Both the position numbers and the translations under genes were made by a program. Shown here piece by piece: positions 9,423 to 22,041 of a stretch of DNA of 64,000 nucleotides (position 1 is its first letter; each line of letters begins with the position of its first letter). Below the pieces are notes generated by a model. The model was not told where the DNA came from and ran no database searches. It saw nothing but the letters and a program-made list of their open reading frames with translations. This DNA is from Rhynchopus sp. YZ270_cl-10 (lineage: Eukaryota). The DNA is taken from positions 310,001 to 374,000 of the forward strand of contig OZ037846.1 in NCBI GenBank assembly GCA_964035575.1. Direction: 5' to 3'.

Positions 9423-11153
9423 CTACTTCACGGAACACATCTGAGAGCAACACACAACACTGCACGTCCCAGAAGGAACTGCGTGTGCTGGTGTGCCAAC
9501 CCCTCCCGCAGCTGTCCATGCCTCAGCAACGTCAAGGTCAGACTGCTCACCACGCAGGTACCCACGCACGGCAATGTTGTACTCCTCCCAATGCTTCTTC
9601 CCACCTATCATGTACATCCACTCGTCAACTGCTCCTGCTGAAGCACTCAGCTGAGACATCACTTCCGCCACAACCTGTGCCTCACAACCAGAGGCAACCT
9701 CCACCTTGCACGGAAGCAGACGCAGCTGGTGTTCGCACTCAGCATCGCTGAAGCACATCCTGTTGCACACCACATCACACCCCAGCATGCGCCCCACACG
9801 TTCCAACCCGTTCACATCACGCACAAGCTCCCCCACCATGCTGAACCGACGCATCACCTCACAACCCATGTCACCACGCAGCACCTTCCCAGTCACAACA
9901 CCAGCATTCACCTTCTCACAAAAGCTGCTCGCACCCTTCAGAAGCAGGCTTGCTGCGTGCAGTGCAGATGTGGCATGTGTCGCACACTGCTTCGAGGCGT
10001 TGAACGAACAGTGGATCCTGTCCCCGATGAACACGTCCACCATCCCACGTCTTGTCTCTGTTGCCTGCAGGGTCTTCAGGAGGAGAGTGGTGAAGAAGGA
10101 GGAGTAGGTCGCACTGTCCTTCTCCAGCAAATGCAGGGTGTCCTTCACGTTCAGTGTCAGCAGGGTTGTCTTCACCGAGGACAGACCCAGTGGCTGGCTC
10201 ACTGGCATGGTCTCGAGTATGCAATGTGAGGACTCTGTGGATGTGTCTGCTGTCTCTGTCAGGTCAACGTGCTCACTGCTCGCTGCGCGTGTTCTCTCCA
10301 CCTCATCCTGAAAAGGCAGACACGTCTTCGGGAGGTACGCTTTGTACATGCGCAGGTTCTTCTCCAGTCTCCACAGGGCAGCAGTCATCCCCTCAGGCAG
10401 GTCACCCCCATGCACGTCCAGCATCTCCGCCACCTGCTCCACGTCGTACCCCGCAAGAAGCGACGCAATCTCCTGCACAACGCTGATCGTGCGCCGCATT
10501 GACTCCTGCTCCTTCAGCACGTTGTGCGCAAACCTGCGTGTCACGAAGAAGTCGATCAGGAAGACGAAAAGAGTGGAAACGAAGCCACGTGGGGGAAATG
10601 ACGTCTTGCAGGGAAGGAACTCGCAGTCCACCCTTTCTATGACCACCGCTCTTCTGCTGTGTTCACCTTCGTACGGCAATGACCCAGGAAGGTCAAACAA
10701 ACCAAACCTGAAGGATTCCTCACATCCCATGAGACACAGCCACACCACTGTCGCACCCACGAACCATGCACTGTACCGTGATGGGACTTGCATCACAAGC
10801 AACATGTCCACAACCAGGATCAGAATTGGCCAGGAAAAGTAACCATAAGTGCGCGCCTGCAAATCCCACAAGCAGATTCCAATGCCAACGAAGTACATGA
10901 TGCCCACCACAAACGTGGTGTGCAGTTGCTGCTTGCAGAGCACCTTCACAACTGCAACAAACCCAGCTATGACAATCGTGTACGTCCCGAATATGTTAAA
11001 GGTCAGGGCCACGTCGGTCTTGTCAGTCATCAAAGCAGTAACCAGAGTCGTTAACGCTGAGGACAGACAGAACACAAACATGATGGTGCGCTTCTTCACT
11101 TCGTCAGCACTGAGAGACCCGTCAATGGTCAGTGCGCTGTTCAGGCACCGCAT
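9423..11153 (-). CDS. Multi-TM cyclase-like protein, copy 3
   Basis: Intact paralog, 576 aa. Confidence 0.8.
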   Translation of the reverse strand: MRCLNSALTIDGSLSADEVKKRTIMFVFCLSSALTTLVTALMTDKTDVALTFNIFGTYTIVIAGFVAVVKVLCKQQLHTTFVVGIMYFVGIGICLWDLQARTYGYFSWPILILVVDMLLVMQVPSRYSAWFVGATVVWLCLMGCEESFRFGLFDLPGSLPYEGEHSRRAVVIERVDCEFLPCKTSFPPRGFVSTLFVFLIDFFVTRRFAHNVLKEQESMRRTISVVQEIASLLAGYDVEQVAEMLDVHGGDLPEGMTAALWRLEKNLRMYKAYLPKTCLPFQDEVERTRAASSEHVDLTETADTSTESSHCILETMPVSQPLGLSSVKTTLLTLNVKDTLHLLEKDSATYSSFFTTLLLKTLQATETRRGMVDVFIGDRIHCSFNASKQCATHATSALHAASLLLKGASSFCEKVNAGVVTGKVLRGDMGCEVMRRFSMVGELVRDVNGLERVGRMLGCDVVCNRMCFSDAECEHQLRLLPCKVEVASGCEAQVVAEVMSQLSASAGAVDEWMYMIGGKKHWEEYNIAVRGYLRGEQSDLDVAEAWTAAGGVGTPAHAVPSGTCSVVCCSQMCSVK

Positions 11154-13732
11154 CGTTGGGCTTTTGAAAACCTTTGCTCTGTGTGGAGCAGGGGTGTGTG
11201 GATGTGTGTTGTGTGCACTGGTGGGTGGTGTGGGTTAAGTGTTGGGAGATGGACGTGACCACCACAACCGTGGCACTTCACAGAACTTAATCTCACAGGT
11301 AACCAACTATACGTGTCTCAGTCCCATATGACAACACCCTATCCCGAAGACAGACACACAGCCGTCACCTCACGTATCTCCAATTCGTGTGGACTTTTGC
11401 GACTTGGTCCCCCCGCATCCTCTCTTCCTGCAACGGGGATCAGTGGCACCTGGTTTTGGCTGCTTTCCAAAGCTCCCCCGCTTCAGGGTATTTTTCCGTT
11501 TAGCAAAGCGAGAAAAGACCTTATTTTTTTTCGTTATTATTTCTAGGTGGGTTTTTTTATGTGCTTGAACTATTTTAAAAAACAAGAAACATGCCCCCTC
11601 TGGGATTCGTTGTTACGTATGTGGGGGGACGGAGAAACGGTGAAACGTGCAGACATCCCCCCGACCTTTGCACGCACCTTTAAGAGAAACATTTGCAAGC
11701 TGAGTCGCGGCCTTTCGTTGGTCACCTGATAGCAGACAACCTTCCAGCCGCACTCGCTCGAAAAGTTGTATAAAACCGTGTAATTAATATTTCGCTTGAC
11801 GGAAACGGGATTAATCAATACACTACAGACGTTGGAATGCTGAAGTAATGAATGCAGAAAAAAACAAGTAATTGCTATCGGAAAAAAAACGGCGTGTGCT
11901 GTGGAACTCCACCCTGTAGAAGTAACCTACAACACACCCAGCACTCTGCTCTTCTGCAGGTATGATAACGCTCTTCGTACGCTGCCAGACCCACTGGGAC
12001 GCCTGCATCTGAAATGTTCAAGAAGGGTCTTCATCCAGCACCATCTGATCGATAGCGTTGTTGGACGTAGTCTCGGCAGGCTCGGCGTGTTCCAGCTCGT
12101 TTTTGTCCACAGGGTCCCACGCAGTGTCGTCGTCGTTGGAGCAGTGCGGAAGAAGCACAGAATGCACAGACTACAACACATCGATCACACCAGGCACATC
12201 AGCACCTCCAGCAAATCGCCAGGATGCTACGGTGGTTTCGAAAATCGCGCGGAGTTTTCCACAGCACACCCGTTTTTCCTTAGCAATTACTTGTCCTTGT
12301 TGTTACTGTTGTTTTCAACCACCTTCCTTCAACCCTTGTAGGGATCAGTTGTAATTTTTCTTTCGCGAAAACATGAAATTTAACATTTCAAGAGAACAAA
12401 TTAAAAAGGGTCCTTATTTGCATTTTTGGGCTCCGCCCGTGCAGTGGTGGGGTCAATCTCGAAAATTGGACAATTTTTTGGCCACTTAAATTTTGAGAAA
12501 TATGAGCCCGGTTGCTTATACGTGGGGCCCATTTTCGGCTAAAATTTTCCTCAAAATCTGGTTTTGTAAAATTGACCCTTTCCCCCCCCCACATCGATTT
12601 CAATACTATACCTTACTTCACCTACGGTTACCCTTACAAGGGGGGGTGAAGGAAGGTAAGTTGAAAACACTAGTTGCATGAAGACTAAGTGCAAAACAAA
12701 CAAAAAAGAAAATGGCGGTCATTCTAGACTAGCTAAAGGGATCTGTGTGTATGTTGGGTAACAGATTCAGAGTGGGTACCGCCTGAACGGAGTATAGCCC
12801 ATTTCTGTGTGTGTTGTGTTGAAAGCAAGTATGGATACTTCCACAGAGCGTAACATTTTCCATATTGTGTGTGCTAACACAGACACCCCAACAGGACACA
12901 GGAAGACCCCATGATGCAAAAGGAAACCAAAGGCGTTTGCCCAAAAGAAAGGTTAGCTACGAGGGTCTAAATTCCTAACGTGTTGTACATCGTTTTGTTT
13001 ATAAAAAAAATACCTCTTTTGAATGGTGAACCATATTTTAAAATAAAATACACAAGTCAAAGAGAGGCCACAGCTGAACGCGGTTGACTACACGGTGTCA
13101 AAGAATTCACAGAAGAGGGAAAAATACCCGCAAAAAGGTTAGTAAGATGGATCGTGTCAAAAAAGGAAAGCATGCGAGATGAATGTGCACCTCAGTGGAG
13201 AAAAAAGAAAAAAAAAAAAAAAAAAAAAAACATCAGCCATTCACCTTTGCAACCCAACTGACAACGTGCTGACACAAGTAAAACTCAGGGGAGGGTGTTT
13301 CTTCCCTGGGTGGCTGTGTTGTTGTTCATTTGGGGCTGCAAAAAAAGGAATTGCTATCAAAAAAAAAAAAAAATTGAAATGTGCCAAAATACCTTACCCA
13401 ACAAAAAGAGGGAGGGGAAAGAAGAGAGAGACAGGGCCAGTTATATAATATATGCCTCGTCCATTGCCTTACAAAAATACCTAAAAAGAAGAAAAGAACG
13501 CCAAAAAAAAAATGCAATCTTTCCGGAGGAATATTTATGCTGGTATGCAAAACAACGTTTTTTTTTTCTCCCTCCCCCCCAAACCAAAATAAAACCCTTA
13601 CTGCATCCACTTATTTTAGAGACATTGTATTGTAGGCTGTTCGCCTTCTCTCTTTCTCTCATTCATTTGGCTCTCCAGGGGGGTTTTAGGTTATTTTTTA
13701 TGTCATTTTTTTACGTCTTTTTTGCGTCATTT

Positions 13733-16700
13733 TTACGTCATAATCCTTGGGAGGGCCGAACGCTCCGTCCATGTCCCGCTGGAGCCCGAGGTAGGAATCG
13801 GTGACGAGCACTCCGTATTGCTCTGTGTGGAGAGGCGACGCTGCAGCGCGCCAAGGCCACCTTGCTGTTCGCTGCCGGGGCTGCGGACCTCGTGGGGCGA
13901 GACAGCGATGCCCATCCTGCAAGACTCTGACATAGCAAAGGTCGCGAGGATCTGTTTGAAAAAGAAATTTGGTTATATTGCCTCTGTGTAACTGAAATAC
14001 AAAGCCCTCTCGTGGCAGTGTACCTGAACAAAATATTGGTTAAAATTGAAAATTGGTGTGGCGGATTGGGGGGGGGGGGGGGGGGAGAAGGAGGAGGCTG
14101 GGCTGGCATCCCAGGAAGACGTACTACTAACCAGGTTCGGGATCTTTCAATCGTGTTTCGGCACATCCTAAGACACAAGAAACAACAGCAGCTTCAACCT
14201 AAGCATCGCTGTGTTTAGTCTCCATAAAAAGGAAGGTGAACAACCAATACAAAAACAACCCTGACACAAGGCACGTTACATACATCAATGGCATCTTTGT
14301 GGCTTTCGACGGAGGCTGATGCAAACGTCTTCGATGACACTGGCCCCACTTTGACAGTCCTGTGTTGGGGAGAATATTTTTTGTACTTTTCGGGGACATG
14401 ACATTTGTGACATATCCTAGAAAATCTTTTGAAAATTACGGCAGTGTTGGTGTGGCTGAAGGGGGAGAGTGTGAAAAAAGTGTGATCATCCTCTGATGGA
14501 GACCTTTGTGTCTCGACATGCCTAGGTGCATGGAGAGCCCCGCTTAACCAATGCTTGGTTCATGCATTTTTGCATGGTCGCTGCCTGCCGCTCTGACACG
14601 TCGGCGTTTTCCTAAAATAAGGAGCAGCTCTGATACACAATGATCACCTCGCGATACATACCACCGCTTGACGTCTGCTGAGAAGGCTCCGATCTGACTG
14701 CTCGTCAACGAGGCTGGGCTCTTCTTGTCTGTCGAGCGCGCTCGCCGAGTTGCACCTCCTGGTGGTTGTGGTGGTGGGTAGGGGGGTTTGTCGGTGATGA
14801 TAACAGCTTCAATCCTCAAAAAATACAAAAAAAGGGGGTTGTATGTTGTTTACTGGTCAAGGTTTGAGTAATCAAGCACAACAAAAACTAAAACTGGTGT
14901 GAATTAACAAAAAAAAAACCCCCCAAATTTTCTGTTAGAAAGCAGATTCCCTCCATGAAGAAAGTGTCGAAGGACAACACCGGTTTGACAAAAAAAAATG
15001 AAAAAAAATCCTGTAAAACACCATTTCTAACCATCCCGAATGATTGGAGCAAGAAGTTCGCATATGGGAGAAAGACTCAGGGACATGACACACACCTTTA
15101 GCTTGGTAGGTGTTCTCCAACAGTGCAGGCGGCTTCACATCGGCAGAGCTGGCTAAGCCACCGATGGGTATTTTGTCTATCTCCCCCGACATGGTGGGGG
15201 AGATGCCCAGCGGCGGTGAGGTGCCTAAGGGGGTGCCGCTGTGGTGTGGTGTGGGTGTTTTGATAACTAATGAGGGGTAATTCTTTGCACAGAATATGGT
15301 GTGGGTGCTTTGATATGAGGTGCCGCATTCGTACAAAGTATCGTAAAAAAGTCGAACTTCCATAAAAAAATATCCTGAAAAGGTTGAACATTATTACGGT
15401 CGATAATTTTGTACGAAAACGGTAATTCTTGCGCAGAATTAATACCCCCATGAATGTTATACCAATATACATTAGAGATTTACAGCAGCCTTTTTTATTG
15501 CCTTTTTCCCCCCCCTCTCTGGTAACAAAAAGTCGCCCCATTTTTTGTTCACAAAATACAGTGGAGCTTTTGTGGTGTACACTCATTCCAAAAATTTTTT
15601 TCAAAAAAAAAAAAAAAACAAAGTGATGACATACTTCCCACGATGTGCCTGGATAAACTCAAACAACTCTTCGTCGCATCTGTCGTCACCAAAGGACAGC
15701 ACAAAGTCTACGTCTTTCAATCGGTTCTCCATAAGCCACTGCAAGGACACCACCTTCGAGACCCCGCGGGGGAGCACCTCCACACACTTCCTCCCCGTGA
15801 AGCACGTGAACGGAAGCGACTGCATCTGCTGGTGCAGCTGCACCAATAGGTCCTTCTCCGTCCAACTCGCGAAGTCGTGGTCTGTGTTCCGCCAATGCCA
15901 CGTTATGCTCCGCTCCTTCATCTCTGTGTACGACCCTGGGGTTCGCTCTGTGTAGTCATTGAGCAAATCGCCTATGGTAGACAGCCAGATCTGCTGTCCG
16001 GTCAGTTCTACCCATTCCTTTTGTCCACATGGCCGCACGAAGGCGCCATGCTCGCATATCAGTCCAAGGTTGTCCCTATCACCGAATAAGCGCTGCATGC
16101 AGGAACGTTGGCGGCCGGTCATGACGTAGACCTCGTTGCGGGGGTCTTGCGTGAGGCGGTCGAGGATGTCTGCCACGTTGTCGGGGAGGACAGCCTCCTG
16201 GTTGACGATGAGGGGCACCACGGAGCCGTCCCAGTCGAGGACGAGGAGGCGTTTTGCAGCAGCGTTGTACTGTGGGAGGATCTCCTCGCCCACGACGTCA
16301 CCGCTTTGGAGTGCTGCGGAGTAGCCGGTGGGGCGTGCGTGTCCGGTGGCGGTGATCTCCTGCAGGCAGCTGTCTGCCCAGAATGCGGCAGTGTTGCGGC
16401 TGACGTATTCTAAGTTATGGGAATGCTGTTGCGCGCGCTGCGATTCGTCAGTTTCCAGCGCAGTTTTGATCTTGATCTGTGGGGGAATGATATGGGAAAA
16501 AATGCTTCTCGTTGAAAGTCAAAAGGGAATGTGGGGGGAAATAAAGGTTTGTTTTGTTGTTGTGGAATGCAGTGTATTTTTTGGGCCGGTTGGGGGGGGT
16601 CAGTGACCCCCCCCAAATTTTCTCCGGAAATTTGGGCCGGTGGGGGGGGGTCAGTTTTTTCAGCTGGGTTTGAGGTGTTTCCTCGGCGTGGTGTAAAAAG

Positions 16701-19479
16701 CTATACATTTACACCGTACCCAAAAAATTTTTCGCCTGCGGCGCCATTTTTTTTGTTTTTTTTTCAGGGTATTAGCTTGGTACTCAGAATTAGGTTCAAA
16801 AACCTAATTCTGAAATTTTTCGGGGGGAAAAAAAAAATATAGATTTGGATTTCGGGGGGGGAAATATGGGGGAAAGAACCGTGGTTGAACCACGGGAGTA
16901 CGCAGTACCCTTGGGAACTGGGTTGCTGACCGCACCATCCAGGCTGTACCTTAAAATTTTTTTGCCTGCGGCGCCATTTTTCCTTTTTTGCTCCGCAAAA
17001 AAGGGTTCGTTGAGCTCCATTTGACGGACGGAGCTTGAACCCAACTATGAGTGAGAAAAAAGATGTGGCGAAAAGAATAAAAGTAGCGTACCGTGCGCCT
17101 GCGGCGCAAGCTTTCACACCCTTCCCATGACATTGTTTGCCTGTAAAATAGTGCAATTTTAAAGCGCGATTTTAGAAATGTTGCATACCGTGGCTTCGCC
17201 AGGAACCTTTGGGTGCCATGGCCACCGTTTCTTGTAAATGTATTGAGGTTACCGACAATAAGGCTGACACCCACTACGGATTGCAGATCACCAGTGGCTG
17301 AAAGCTACCAAGGTTGCACAGAGGAGGGGAGGCTTTTCCGCAGGGTTGGGGTGGTGTAGGTTTGCCGTGGTCACAAAATACCGAGAAAATTTTTCGCTTC
17401 GTTTCCCCCACAGAAAAAAATGACTGCCTCACACAAAACCACCTTTTTGGTGGGGGCTAGGGGGGCTATATAATACCCTGCTATAACCCCACCAAAAAAA
17501 AAAAATTCAAAAAACCTAATTCTGGAAAAAATCCAAAATCCAAGCTTATACCCTGTTTTTTTTGCTCCGCAAAAAAAAAAAATATATACAGTTCACTATG
17601 TTCCCTGGTCGTGCTGAAAAAAAAATTTGGGCAAAAAAACAAACTGACCCCCCCCAAACTTAAAATCTGGATTCCTGGATAAGACACTGGTGGAATGCAG
17701 TAGAAATAAAAAAAATGAGTTGGTGTGTCACATACCGCCACGTCATGGACATCGTGTGGGTTCACGATGATGCTGCCACCCAGCGCTGTCGACGCACCTG
17801 CAAACTCGGATAGGATGAGGGGTGCCTTGTTGCCACGCCACACCTCGCCCTCCGTGGTGACGTGGTCTCCTTGGCACGCCACTGCTTCGTGCGACGCAAG
17901 ACTGAGACCATCACGAAGAGGCGTCACCATCAAGACATGCGCCATCATATACAGCTCACAGCTCTGTGTCGATGTTGGTTTTTTTTTTTGTCCACATTGT
18001 GGAACCTTTTTTACACTAAGTTTGATACGTTAGAAATCTTCAACCACATTTGTTTTATTAGCCTAAAGCCCCCCTCCCTTGAAAAGGTTGTATTCTCATC
18101 CCCAAAATGCTCTCTTTTCATACCTCCTGCATTGAAAACACAGCAGAATCGCGAGGTTGCACCAGGTGTACAGGAGCGGGTTTGCCTAACTCCCCGTACT
18201 TCCCGTTTATGTTGCCTACTGTTTCTTGGACAAGCGCCTGCAGCTCTGTGTCGGCAGACTTGGCGCATTGGTCTATCACTTCGAGAAGCACAACCTTGCC
18301 CCGCCACTCCGCGTTGTTGCTCAGGAACTTCTCAAAGGCGTGCAGTCTCAGCAGGGTCCCTTGGCTGTCATCCAGCTTCCGCGAGCGCCCTACCACAATC
18401 TTCAGCCCTTTCAGACCAGACTCCGTCAGCTTCTGACGGACATGCGCATGAAACCCTTTCCTTGCAACCAATTTTTTGATTTCCGCGAAATTTAACCCTG
18501 CAGGGGAGATGTGCGTCCTCACGAACCTGCCGTCGTTAGTTAGCAATCCTCTGCCTTGTGTATCTGTTGACAATAACGCTTCGCATGCCGCACGGTGGTG
18601 GTTGCAGTGCGCATATGTGTTGAAACCGATCACATCAGCAGCAAGCATCCCCTCCAGCAAATCCTTGCGCACCGGAAGCTGACGGAAGAGCTCCCCTGTT
18701 GGAAAAGGAGAGTGCATGAAAAAGCCTATCGTGCACCCAGGAAGAATCGCTCTGACATGCTTCGGAACCAGCAGCAAATGGTAGTCATGCACCCACACCA
18801 CATCCCCTCGACGGTACACCTTCAGCACTGCGTCGGCAAACTTTGCGTTTACCTTTTCGTACATTCCGAAAAACTTGAATTTGTTCACAAAATTCTTTGT
18901 TCGCAGCGAATAATGCAGCAACGGCCAGAGCACCCCTTTGCAGAACCCATGATAAAACCCCTCTACCTCATCTTTCTCGAGGAAGAGAGGCACTGCACGG
19001 TGTCTTTGAATCATAATGGATGTCAGCTCCGGACGGTCACATGGTGCAACGAATGTGTCAAGCCACCCAATGTGAAAGGACCCTACCTTCTGCGCGGACG
19101 CCGCAAAATGCTTCAAAGCAGTTGATATTAAGTCAAACGGCTCCTCCTCGATGTGCCATGTGAACGTGTCAGCTGTGTGCCACACCTTCGTCACCGTATA
19201 AGGCAAACGGCAAGACACCGCGATCGCCCGCCCACCCGACATCGGTGTCGTAACTGCCTGCGGTTCTTCGTTGTTGGAGAGCTCCAGTTGAAAGGCGTGC
19301 TTCTGACGGGAAGGGGCATTCGGTTGTACCCTTGTAGTGGGTGTGCTTGATAGCTCAAATGAAGGCGTGCTTTCAAAGCCGGACAAAGGCAGCGCGGAAA
19401 ACGTTGCTTGGGGAGGGGTGCTAAGGTGGAAGGTGCTTGGCGCTTCAGTGGCGAGAGGGACAGGGAGTTGGGTTGCCAT
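13733..19479 (-). CDS. Trehalose-6-phosphate synthase/phosphatase fusion (GT20 + HAD), ~986 aa. Exons: 18124-19479, 17736-17963, 15635-16476, 15096-15238, 14662-14758, 14284-14359, 13733-13951
   Basis: GT20 motifs FYHGFCKGVLWPLLHY, VWVHDYHL, HSPFP, TPLRDG; HAD motifs LDWDGS, GDDRCDEELF, TVKVG; all six introns are GT(A/G)TG...CAG with matching phases (0,0,2,1,2,0). Confidence 0.9.
16570..17689. mobile_element. hAT-type MITE in TPS intron 2
   Basis: CAGTGT...ACACTG ends; 8-bp TSD GTGGAATG (16562-16569 and 17690-17697); partial uninterrupted copy inverted at ~45430-45697. Confidence 0.85.
16765..17555. mobile_element. Nested hAT-type MITE inside the previous MITE
   Basis: 16-bp TIR CAGGGTATTAGCTTGG / CCAAGCTTATACCCTG (1 mismatch), flanked by T8 on both sides; absent from the 45430-45697 copy. 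Confidence 0.85.
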
Positions 19480-20903
19480 GGTTTTTGTGTATGTTTTTTT
19501 TGTGTACAAATTAAAAAAAGAAACCGTCCGTGCCTTAGAATAAGGAGGGGTTCTGAAGATGTGGGGGTTAGTGTTTGGGAAAATTTCGCATAATTCCGGG
19601 TTTTTGAGGAGGGAAAAAAAAAGAGGAAAAAAATAGGGGCAAACGCGCTCGCAGAGGTTAACCGTGGCTTGGCCAGGAACCTTTTGGGTTATATGACCAT
19701 TTTATAGTCATGTACGTTTTGCAAATTTACTTAAAGGTGTAGCTGGAGGGACATCGACGCTCCGAACGGAGATGATAAAAAAGGGATTGTTCCCTTCACC
19801 TGAGGACCCCGTCCTCTGCAAGGTGTGTCTTGCTCACGCAAAACTCAGGCACACTGCGCGAGCATACAGAAAAACATACTCACACGAAACGCGAAACAAA
19901 TTTGCTTCGAAAAACAAAACAAAAAGAGGACGCCATGGATGTGAACTATATGCGGAGGCGGAGGTGAGAAGCAAGCACTCAGGAGACACCCGCACCGACT
20001 TTGTTCGCTGTGCTGCTGCTGCTGGGGTTGACGACGGGGCAAGTGGCGTGCATGCGGATTTTCTTCTTGAAGTGTGGTAGATATTCGGGGACGAAGCAGC
20101 TGATGAAGCAAATGAAGTCCTCACTTCGTGAGCAGAGATGGGAAAGAGCTTTTCTCCTTCTCTGGCAGAGAGGGAGGCAGAGCGCGAGGACGACCAAAAA
20201 TTTAGCAAAAAATGCTCGAGAGACTCGTTACTCTTTGCTTGTTGCTCAAAAGGCTAAAAACGGGAAGAGAAAAAATAAAGGTTGTTTGTTGCTTCGCTGC
20301 CACTTACCTTTAAAAAACAGCCGTTTGGTGGTTCCAAAAGAAAGTGCCACGTGTGTCGTTCCCTCACCCCGCTTCTTGTAGTTGTGTGGAAGCGTCAACG
20401 AAGAGCCTGCAGTAACCCTCTTTGAGTCTTTCACCCGTTTCTCTCATTTAAACCTGCAAAACGCGAGGGGAAAAATTTAAATCTTTTTTGAGAGATAAAA
20501 CAGGGGGGGTAAGGTAGTGGGGAGCATGGGGGGAACTTTATAATAGTGCAAGAGGGCGGTCAGAAAAATAGGGGGAAAAGGGGGAAAAAACCCGATACTT
20601 GACACAAGCAAGAAGAGGGGAGCAGAAGGGATAAATGTATCAGAGAAAGGAAAGAAGTTTTTTTTTTTGTTGTGTCGACAATCACCTGCTAGTGCAGGAT
20701 CTGTACTCAATGTCGCCTGAAGGTTGTTGTACTTAAAATATATAGACGGAGGTCGTCCTCAACTCTGGAAAGTAGTTTTTATTTGTTGTTTATGCATTCG
20801 AGTGCTGTGGTATTATTTTTTTTTTTGGCAAGATGATCCCAAGCCTTGCAGTGATTAAATCACCTTTTTGATCACAATTATGGGACGAAAAACGAAGCAG
20901 AAC

Positions 20904-21016
20904 AATACAAAAGCCCTCTCGTAATAGTGTACCTTGGTACATGACTGGGTGTACCAGGGGGGTGGACACCCAACCATGGCAGTCCTACAATCCATTTCGT
21001 GGTTTAGATCTGATAA
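20904..21016 (+). repeat. Short dispersed repeat; empty allele of the 23.6-32.9 kb insertion site
   Basis: Left half matches 23563-23614 and right half matches 32950-33002, joined by only 6 G; another copy at ~33080-33182. Confidence 0.85.
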
Positions 21017-21120
21017 AGAATGGTTTTAGATGGGTCTACTCTATTGTTTAAAAAATTGAAATAATGAATGAGTGTAAAGGAGATGAGGCCTCTCGTGCTT
21101 AGCCGCCACAAAAAAATACA

Positions 21121-21413
21121 AAAATATATCCGTTTCGCTTGATCAGATCTCGACCGTTTGTTGCATTGCACGCTTCCACCAATTTTTTTTTTTTGAAAAA
21201 ATTGATTGTTTCCAGCACACGCGGACTGTGTCAGTGTGCGATGGTATATGATTATTGCCTGAAGTACAGAAAATGGGAGTGTCGGTGGCGGAGCACAAAA
21301 GAGGTAAAATGAAAAACATATCGGGTGGGGTCTCTGATCTAATCTGTGCGACGAATATATTTCCCCTAACACGCCATGTTTGGCCAGGGCCTCTCCAGCG
21401 CGTCAGTTGCAAA
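21121..21413 (-). mobile_element. Solo A-B terminal repeat of the YR retrotransposon
   Basis: Reverse complement is repeat A (3054-3269), an A-tract, then repeat B (2995-3053), near-identical. Confidence 0.88.
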
Positions 21414-22041
21414 AAACAAAAACAAAAAATAGTGTCGTGGAGGATACTCGAAAAAGGCTTCTCTTGTAGGTGTTTGCTATCAATACAGACACATGACTAG
21501 CACAATGCACGTTCTGTGTAACAATCAGCAAAACATCGCAAAAATATACAGCAAAAAAAAGTGAAAATAGAACCTTTTAGTTTACTTTATTTTTGAAGAA
21601 GAAAAAAGCTTTCCTGAAATTTAAAAAAGAAAAAATCTGTTTTTTTTTTTGACAAAAATCTGAAAAACGAACAGTTGTCGGGAGATCAGAGATAGAATGG
21701 AGAACCACGCAATCCTTAGCACTGCCGTTTCCCCCCCACCCCCCACCCCCCGCTCCCTTTTAGGTGTTTCGCCTGTAAAAGCAAACCATTTGTTAGTTTG
21801 GGGGATAAGAAAATACCGGATTTACCGTATTCGTGCAGAGTATTGACCGTAAAAAAAGGTAGAACTTCCAGACAATCCTGAAAATCCTGAAAAAGTCGAA
21901 CATTTGTACGAATGGGGTAATACAAAAAACCTCAAAAGTGTCGCTTTTTTTTGAAGTTGAAATTGTACTACGGGCATCTTTTTCTTCTTCTTCTTTTTTG
22001 AAACACCTCCCTCCCCCTCCCCCTCCTCCCCCTCTTCCCCA

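Noticed and set aside
11900..12290. GC-rich coding-like patch, possible extra TPS exon
   Set aside because: TPS already ends at 13733; the most protein-like frame has internal stops; at most a decayed fragment
13952..18123. Non-canonical (euglenid-type) introns in TPS
   Set aside because: All six introns fit GT-AG with consistent phase
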